Shown piece by piece: positions 57,835 to 64,000 of a DNA stretch of 64,000 nucleotides; position 1 is the first letter of the stretch; the number at the start of each line of letters is the position of its first letter. A program made the translations under genes and the position numbers. The stretch spans positions 27,939-91,938 of the forward strand of contig CANJIM010000001.1 in NCBI GenBank assembly GCA_947474495.1. Reading direction: 5' to 3'. The notes under the pieces were generated by a model, which saw only the letters and a list, made by a program, of their open reading frames with translations, did no database searches and was not told where the DNA came from. Source of the DNA: Rhodospirillaceae bacterium. GTDB lineage: Bacteria; Pseudomonadota; Alphaproteobacteria; SMXQ01.

Positions 57835-60186
57835 TTGACGACGACCGCGCCGAGACGCCGGCTGTTTTCCACGCGAACGCATCTGCTGTTGCTTGCATTC
57901 GCCGTCGTCGGGCCGCTCTTGGCATTCACCGGCATCCTTCTCCTTCGCTATGCCGATGCCGAGCGTAGCCGCATCGAGCAGGATGCACGCGACACCGTCA
58001 ACGGAATCTCCATCGCCATCGACCGCGAACTGATCGGGCTGCAATCGACGCTGCTCGTCCTCGCCGACGCACCATCGCTCAAGCAAGCGGACTTCGAGAC
58101 ATTTCACAGTTACGCTAGCCAAGTGGCGAGCCGGCAGAACGTCAGTATCGTTCTGCGCGATCAGACAAGCCGCCAGATCGTCAATTCAAGCCTACCATGG
58201 GGCGCGCCTCTGACGGAGGCCCGCTCGCTGCGCGAGGCTGACGAGCAAGCAGCACGCGAAGGCAAAACCGTCTTTTCGGGATATTTTGTCGGCGTACAGA
58301 GCAAGCGCGCGAGCTTCGCTCTCGTGACGCCCGTTATGGAGGATGGCCAGGCCAAATATTTCCTACGACTCAACGTCGGAACGAGCTTGATCGATGAAGC
58401 CATCAAACGCAGCGAGATGAACGATGGCTACATCGTCGCGATCCTGGACCGCGAACAGATCATCATGGCGCGCTCGGTGAACCCGGAAGAATTCCTTGGC
58501 ACGAAAGCACAGCTGCAAAACAATCCCGTCCTCGGCGAAGGCGGCGTGTTCGTCAGCCGAAACCGTCAAGGCGTCAATCTGCGCGTATTCTACAAGCGCA
58601 GCGCGCTCTCTGGCTGGGTGTCGCTGGTCTCAGTCCCGACCGATATCCTCAGCAAACCCCTCATTAAATCCCTCACCATCCTCGCGCTGATCGGCGGCCT
58701 CTTTGCCTGTATGTCGGTGGTCGTCGCCTGGTTCGCCGCTCGCAGCTTCTTTTCAACCCCGATGTCGATGTTGGCGCGCAATGCGACCGCCCTGGCGCAA
58801 AATCACGCCGCTCTGCCGGTCTCGACCAGCGTGTACGAGATTTCCGTCGTCAACCAAGCCCTGACGGAGAGCGCCGACGACCTTCGCGAACGTACTCTTC
58901 AGCGCGACCGCGCCGAATCGGCACTGCAAAACATCAATGAAACGCTGGAAAGCCTCGTCAGCGAGCGCACCGAAGCGCTCCAGCAGACCAATACGCGCAT
59001 GCTCAAGGAAATCCAGTTGCGCGAAGAGAGCGAAGACCGCCTGCGCCAGATGCAGAAGATCGAAGCCATTGGCCAGCTCACTGGTGGCATCGCCCATGAT
59101 TTCAACAATATGCTGGCGGTGATTCTCGGCAGCCTCCGCTTGATGCAGCGCCGCCTCGCGCGCGGCGAGACCGACGTGCAGAAATATATCGACGGCGCCA
59201 TCGATGGCGCCGAACGCGCCGCCAACCTTACCAAGCGGCTTTTGGCCTTCGCACGCCAGCAATCGCTGTCGCCGACCATGGTCGAGCCTAACAAGATGAT
59301 CTCCGGCATGTCCGAATTGCTTCGCCGCACGATCAGCGAAAATATTCATATCGAGACCGTGCTTTCCGCTGGCCTATGGCGAACGCATGTCGATCCCAGC
59401 CAGCTTGAAAACGCTCTGCTCAATCTGGCCGTCAATGCCCGCGACGCCATGCCCGAAGGCGGTCGCCTGACCATTGAGACGTCGAATGCCGACATCGACC
59501 AGCGTTACGCCTCCGCTCATGCCGACTTGGTGGCCGGTCAATATGTGCTGATCGCCGTGACCGACAGCGGTTCCGGCATGACGCCAGAGGTCATCGCGCG
59601 CGCCTTCGATCCTTTCTTCACCACCAAGAGCATGGGCCACGGCACCGGCCTCGGCCTCAGCCAAGTCTATGGCTTCATCAAGCAATCCGGCGGTCATGTG
59701 AAGATTTACAGCGAGATCGGTGAAGGCACGACGATCAAGCTCTACCTGCCGCGCTTCGTCGGCGAGGGTGAAAAGGACACCACGTCGAGCAGCAGCCGTG
59801 TTCCCGTCTCGAAATTCAACGAAACCGTGCTCGTCGTCGAAGACGAGGACAGCGTGCGTGGAGTCACCGTCGACATGCTGACTGAGCTCGGTTATCGCGT
59901 GTTGCAGGCCGAAGGCGCCATCACGGCCCTTAAGATGCTCGACTATCACCCCGAGGTGACGCTGCTCTTCACCGACGTGGTGATGCCGGACGTCAACGGC
60001 CGCAAGCTGGCCGATGAGGCGAAGAAGCGCCGGCCTGATCTGCGCGTGCTGTTCACCACTGGCTACACGCGCAACGCCATCGTGCATAACGGCGTGCTCG
60101 ACGCCGGCGTGCATCTCATCGTCAAGCCCTTCACCATGGAAGCTTTGGCGCAGAAGCTAGAAGAGATTTTCCGCATCAGGACTTGA
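57835..60186 (+). CDS. Hybrid sensor histidine kinase / response regulator with periplasmic (Cache-like) sensor domain
   Basis: Two TM helices flanking an about 250-aa periplasmic region, coiled coil, HisKA H-box IAHDFNNML, HATPase_c N/G1/G2 boxes (NLAVNARDAM, DSGSGM, GTGLGLS), C-terminal REC domain (VLVVEDED...FTDVVMPDVNG...K). Confidence 0.9.
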   Translation: MTTTAPRRRLFSTRTHLLLLAFAVVGPLLAFTGILLLRYADAERSRIEQDARDTVNGISIAIDRELIGLQSTLLVLADAPSLKQADFETFHSYASQVASRQNVSIVLRDQTSRQIVNSSLPWGAPLTEARSLREADEQAAREGKTVFSGYFVGVQSKRASFALVTPVMEDGQAKYFLRLNVGTSLIDEAIKRSEMNDGYIVAILDREQIIMARSVNPEEFLGTKAQLQNNPVLGEGGVFVSRNRQGVNLRVFYKRSALSGWVSLVSVPTDILSKPLIKSLTILALIGGLFACMSVVVAWFAARSFFSTPMSMLARNATALAQNHAALPVSTSVYEISVVNQALTESADDLRERTLQRDRAESALQNINETLESLVSERTEALQQTNTRMLKEIQLREESEDRLRQMQKIEAIGQLTGGIAHDFNNMLAVILGSLRLMQRRLARGETDVQKYIDGAIDGAERAANLTKRLLAFARQQSLSPTMVEPNKMISGMSELLRRTISENIHIETVLSAGLWRTHVDPSQLENALLNLAVNARDAMPEGGRLTIETSNADIDQRYASAHADLVAGQYVLIAVTDSGSGMTPEVIARAFDPFFTTKSMGHGTGLGLSQVYGFIKQSGGHVKIYSEIGEGTTIKLYLPRFVGEGEKDTTSSSSRVPVSKFNETVLVVEDEDSVRGVTVDMLTELGYRVLQAEGAITALKMLDYHPEVTLLFTDVVMPDVNGRKLADEAKKRRPDLRVLFTTGYTRNAIVHNGVLDAGVHLIVKPFTMEALAQKLEEIFRIRT

Positions 60187-60282
60187 TCTCGCAGCTGAAC
60201 TAGCCGACCAGCTTCGTCTTCGCGAACGGCAGGCTGCGCACTCGCTTGCCGATCAAGGCCGTGGGGTGGCGACAGCCGGGTT

Positions 60283-62130
60283 TCAGCTCACTTCCTCGGC
60301 AACCGTATCGTCGAGGAATGCCCCCGTCTGGCGGCGCCACAAACGCGCATAGACGCCGCCGCGCGCCAACAGCGCCGCATGGGTGCCCTGCTCGACGACG
60401 CGGCCACGCTCCATGATGATCAAACGGTCCATGCGCGCGATGGTCGACAGGCGATGGGCGATCGCGATCACCGTCTTGCCCGCCATCAGCGTCGAAAGCT
60501 GTTCCTGGATCGCCGCCTCGGCTTCGCTGTCGAGCGCCGAGGTCGCCTCATCCAGAATCAGGATCGGGGCATCTTTCAAAATTACGCGCGCGAGCGCGAC
60601 GCGCTGGCGTTGTCCGCCCGACAATTTGACACCCCGTTCGCCCACATGGGCGTCGTAGCCCTTGCGCTTGAACAGGTCTTCGAGGTCGTGGATGAAGTCG
60701 TCAGCATGGGCCTGCTTGGCGGCGGCGATGATCTGCGCATCGGTCGCCTCGGGCTTGCCGTAGCGAATGTTCTCGCGGATCGAGCGGTGCAGAAGCGAAG
60801 TGTCCTGCGTCACCATGGCGATCTGCGCGCGCAAGGATTCCTGCGTCACCAGCGCGATATCCTGGCCGTCGATCAGGATGCGGCCCTGCTCCGGCTCGAA
60901 AAACCGCAGCAATAGATTGACCAGGGTCGACTTACCGGCACCCGACGGGCCGACAAGACCGACGCGCTCGCCGGGCTTGATGACGAGATCGAGGTCATGC
61001 AGCACGCCGGCCTCGCGGCCATAGCCGAACGAGACGTCGTCGAAGCGAATTTCGCCATGGTCGACGACCAGCGGCTTGGCGTCGGGCGCATCGACCAGGC
61101 TGTGCGGCACGGCGATCGATAGGGTGCCTTCCTGCACGATGCCGATATTCTCGAAGATACTGGTGACGTTCTGCGCCACCCAGCCGGCGATATTGACGAT
61201 CTGCCAGGTGAGCGGCAGCGCCATGGCAATAGCGCCCGGCGAGACCAGCCCCTCGAGCCAGAGCCAGACGGCGATCGCTGCGGTCGAGACGACCAGCGCG
61301 GCGTTGGTCGTCGTCAGGCAGAGCGTGAACAGGGTGGTGAGGCGCTGGGCAAGCCGGAACTCCTCGCCATGCTCATCCATTGCTTCGCGCACATAAGCGT
61401 CCTCGTCGCGCGAGCGGGCGAACAGCTTGACCGTCAGGATGTTGGTATAGCTATCGACGATGCGGCCGCTGACTAGCGATCGGGCATTCGAGACCTTGCG
61501 CGACTGATCGCGCATGCGCGGCACGAAATAGCGCAGGATGGTGACGTAGATCACCACCCAGCAGACCAGCGGTCCGGCGAGACGCAGATCGACCGAGCCG
61601 AGCAGCAAAAGCGCGCTGGTGCCGTAAACCGCGATGTACCAGACGGCGTTGATGGTGACGACGACGCTTTCGCGCAGCGCCGAGCCGGTCTGCAGCACGC
61701 GGTTGGCGATGCGGCCGGCAAAGTCGTTCTGAAAGAACGACCAGCTCTGGCGGATGATGTGCCAATGGCTCTGCCAGCGGATCAGGTTCGTCACGTTGAC
61801 CACGATGGCCTGATTGGACACCAGGTTCTGCATGAAGATCGCAAAGGGCCGGATCAGCAGGATCAGCACCGCCATGCCGACCATCTCCCAGCCGGCGACC
61901 GGCCAGAGCGCGTCGGGCGGATGGGTCGAGACCAGCGTGACCAGACGGCCGATGAACAGCGGAATCATCGAATCGCATAGCGCCACGGCGAGCCCGGCGG
62001 CGAATAGCGCCACGAACAGGCCCTTGGTTTGGCGCATGAAATGCCAATAGAACGGCCACAGGCCAGGCGGCGGCGCGGCGTCGGGAGCTTTGGCGGTCGG
62101 CGCGACGAGGGTTTCGAAAAAGCGGAACAT
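60283..62130 (-). CDS. ABC exporter, fused permease/ATP-binding protein (MsbA-like type I exporter)
   Basis: From MFRFFETLV (ATG 62130). 6 TM helices, Walker A GPSGAGKST, signature [13 protein letters not shown], Walker B ILILDEATS, H-loop. Confidence 0.85.
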   Translation of the reverse strand: MFRFFETLVAPTAKAPDAAPPPGLWPFYWHFMRQTKGLFVALFAAGLAVALCDSMIPLFIGRLVTLVSTHPPDALWPVAGWEMVGMAVLILLIRPFAIFMQNLVSNQAIVVNVTNLIRWQSHWHIIRQSWSFFQNDFAGRIANRVLQTGSALRESVVVTINAVWYIAVYGTSALLLLGSVDLRLAGPLVCWVVIYVTILRYFVPRMRDQSRKVSNARSLVSGRIVDSYTNILTVKLFARSRDEDAYVREAMDEHGEEFRLAQRLTTLFTLCLTTTNAALVVSTAAIAVWLWLEGLVSPGAIAMALPLTWQIVNIAGWVAQNVTSIFENIGIVQEGTLSIAVPHSLVDAPDAKPLVVDHGEIRFDDVSFGYGREAGVLHDLDLVIKPGERVGLVGPSGAGKSTLVNLLLRFFEPEQGRILIDGQDIALVTQESLRAQIAMVTQDTSLLHRSIRENIRYGKPEATDAQIIAAAKQAHADDFIHDLEDLFKRKGYDAHVGERGVKLSGGQRQRVALARVILKDAPILILDEATSALDSEAEAAIQEQLSTLMAGKTVIAIAHRLSTIARMDRLIIMERGRVVEQGTHAALLARGGVYARLWRRQTGAFLDDTVAEEVS

Positions 62131-62303
62131 GGGGCCTGTTTTACACCGGCATCCACAGGAGCGCACGGCGTTCTATCGGCTTTTGAAATAACCCATAAAT
62201 TCGTTCTGCACTGTGCATAACGGTCCTTCGCAGACAGCTCATGGCATATCGCTTGCTAGGTCCTTTGCAAGACTCCCGCCCCTGCAAGCAAAGGATGACA
62301 ACC

Positions 62304-63395
62304 ATGCATAAGATTTCGCGCAGGCCGCTGGCACTGCCCGCTTCGCAGGCCCCATTTGCCCGTTCCGCGTGCCGCGTCCTGGTCGTTTTGTCTTTCGGAA
62401 TGGCCGCCGCTTTCACTGCCAAGCCCGCCGCCGCGCAAAGCGTCGAGGGCTTCTACAAGGGCAAAACCGTGACCGCCATCGTCGGCTCCGGCGTCGGCGG
62501 CGGCTATGACGCCGTCATGCGCCTGCTGTCGCGCCACATCACGCGGCATATCCCCGGCGAGCCAAAGATCGTCGTGCAGAACATGCCGGCCGCCAGCGGC
62601 ATCGCCGCGCTCAATCACGTCTACAACATTGCACCGCGCGACGGCTCGGTGATCTCGGGCGCCGCCAATACCATGCCGTTCGACCCGCTATTCGGCGGCC
62701 CGGCGGCGAAGTTCGACGTGTTCAAGCTCAACTGGCTCGGCAGCCTCGCCAAGCAGACCAACGTCTGTCTCGTCTGGGGCGCGACGCCGTTAAAGACGCT
62801 GGCCGACGTGCAGCAACAAAAGATGCGCGTCTCGGCGACCGGGGCGACCGGCTGGCGCTCCTTCCTGCCCAACCTGATCAACGGCGTCGCCGGCACGAAA
62901 TTCGAAGTCATCAACGGCTATGAATCGGCGGCCTCCATGCTCGCCGTCGAGCGCGGCGAGGTCGACGGCCTGTGCGCCGACTACGCCACCGTCAAGTCGA
63001 CGCAGAACGACTGGGTCGAGCAGAAGAAGATCGTTGTGCTCGCCCAGTTCGGCCTGACGCCGCTGGCCGGCCTGGAGCATGTGCCGATGGGCCTCGACAG
63101 CATCGCCGATCCGGCGGACCACCGCGCCGTCGAGCTGTTCATGATGCAGCAGGAATGGGGACGTCCCTTCGTTATGCCGCCCGAGGTGCCGGCCGACCGG
63201 CTGGCCGCCATGCGCGCCGCCTTCGACGCCACGATGAAGGACCCGGCCTTCCTCGCCGAAGCCGAAAAGCTGCGCATCGATATCGATCCCATGACCGGCG
63301 CCGAGATGGACAAGATGTTCAAGGAGGCCTACGCCACGCCGCCCGAAGTGGTCGAGCGCACAAAGGTGCTGTTGAAGCGCGCCGGCGCGATTTAA
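62304..63395 (+). CDS. TctC/Bug-family periplasmic solute-binding protein (paralogue of 49234-50310)
   Basis: Signal peptide ending AAAQS, VGSGVGGGYDAVMR, PAASGIAALN, APRDGSVI and C-terminal IDIDPMTGAE motifs shared with the first copy. Confidence 0.65.
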   Translation: MHKISRRPLALPASQAPFARSACRVLVVLSFGMAAAFTAKPAAAQSVEGFYKGKTVTAIVGSGVGGGYDAVMRLLSRHITRHIPGEPKIVVQNMPAASGIAALNHVYNIAPRDGSVISGAANTMPFDPLFGGPAAKFDVFKLNWLGSLAKQTNVCLVWGATPLKTLADVQQQKMRVSATGATGWRSFLPNLINGVAGTKFEVINGYESAASMLAVERGEVDGLCADYATVKSTQNDWVEQKKIVVLAQFGLTPLAGLEHVPMGLDSIADPADHRAVELFMMQQEWGRPFVMPPEVPADRLAAMRAAFDATMKDPAFLAEAEKLRIDIDPMTGAEMDKMFKEAYATPPEVVERTKVLLKRAGAI

Positions 63396-63456
63396 TATCT
63401 GCGAAAGGACGGCTCCGCGAGGGGCGGACCGTCATAAAAACCCAAGGGAGCGCGAT

Positions 63457-64000
63457 ATGCCCATCAGCACCGCCAGCGGCGTGAAGATCAATTACGACAT
63501 CACCGGCCAGGGGCCGGCCATGGTGATGATCCACGCCAACCCCTACGACCGGCGGCTGTGGATGTTCCAGGCGGCGCGCTTCTCGCAGTTCTTCACCGTG
63601 ATCAGCCTCGACATCCGCGGCTATGGCCTCTCCGACAAGCCGGAAACGCCGTTCAGCCTGGAAGACATGGCCGACGACGTGCGCGGCGTCTGCAAGACCG
63701 AGGGCATCGACAAGGCGATCTTCGTCGGCTGCAGTGTCGGCTCCGGCATCGCCCTGTTGCTCGGCCTCGATCACCCGACGATGACGTCGGCCATCGTGCT
63801 GGTCGGCGGCAGTTCGCGCGGCGGCGGCAACATCGAAAGGCGGATCGTCGGCTTTACCTCGGCCGATCTCGCCGGCTACCGCCGCCTGCACATGACCGAA
63901 TTATTCGCGCCCGGCTTCACCGAAACGCCGCATGGCCGCTGGGTAATGAACCTGTTCGACGAGAATTCCCACACCTTGTCCGGCGAATCGATCGCTCAGA
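63457..64000 (+). CDS. Alpha/beta-hydrolase fold protein (N-terminal 181 aa; runs off window end)
   Basis: RBS AAGGGAG, HG oxyanion-hole dipeptide (MIHAN... context), nucleophile elbow GCSVG (GxSxG). Confidence 0.75.
   Translation, partial: MPISTASGVKINYDITGQGPAMVMIHANPYDRRLWMFQAARFSQFFTVISLDIRGYGLSDKPETPFSLEDMADDVRGVCKTEGIDKAIFVGCSVGSGIALLLGLDHPTMTSAIVLVGGSSRGGGNIERRIVGFTSADLAGYRRLHMTELFAPGFTETPHGRWVMNLFDENSHTLSGESIAQ

Overview
The window is a high-GC (about 63-65%) chromosomal segment that looks alphaproteobacterial and Rhizobiales-like. The taxon call is an inference from dnaX-ffs synteny, a homospermidine synthase gene, a GTTC-N7-GTTC SOS box and GGAAC-N16/17-CGTT promoter motifs. I found no transposase, integrase, CRISPR array, tRNA or rRNA. 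Gene content, 5' to 3':
- dnaX (5' part) with the SRP RNA gene ffs directly upstream.
- Housekeeping genes: a class I glutamine amidotransferase, nudC, pheA, kdsB, a membrane cytochrome c and a HisN-like phosphatase.
- The yejABEF-type peptide ABC importer, then a 2-hydroxyacid dehydrogenase, an M17 aminopeptidase, a GST, an orphan TAXI solute-binding protein and a PPK2.
- An eight-gene envelope-glycosylation locus at 18.1-26.4 kb. It contains a GT-C/ArnT-like membrane glycosyltransferase, a SAM methyltransferase, an ArnC-like GT2, a single SMR/EamA-type 4-TM protein, a DegT aminotransferase, an SDR epimerase/dehydratase, rmlA and rmlB. It does not match the canonical arn or rml operons and is the strongest candidate for an undescribed system.
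- nrdAB (class I RNR) behind a cobalamin riboswitch, then an SOS-boxed Y-family polymerase and an MFS transporter.
- A small general-stress cluster (CsbD, DUF3309, a 91-aa ORF, DUF421, YkgJ) and an outer-membrane beta-barrel gene, each carrying an EcfG-type promoter motif.
- A fused TctA-TctB permease and a DUF423 protein.
- hss-odc (homospermidine synthesis) behind a 527-bp structured leader.
- A LemA-TPM-TPM-AsmA module, then GNAT, DUF2177 and HU.
- A TctC/Bug binding protein with a dihydroxyphthalate-decarboxylase-like gene and a bicupin dioxygenase, plus a convergent MetE-like gene.
- MFS, a fatty-acid desaturase translationally coupled to a GreA-like factor, a hybrid histidine kinase, an ABC exporter, a second TctC/Bug protein and a partial alpha/beta hydrolase.
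All functional calls rest on reading the translated ORFs and motifs by eye; no database search was possible.
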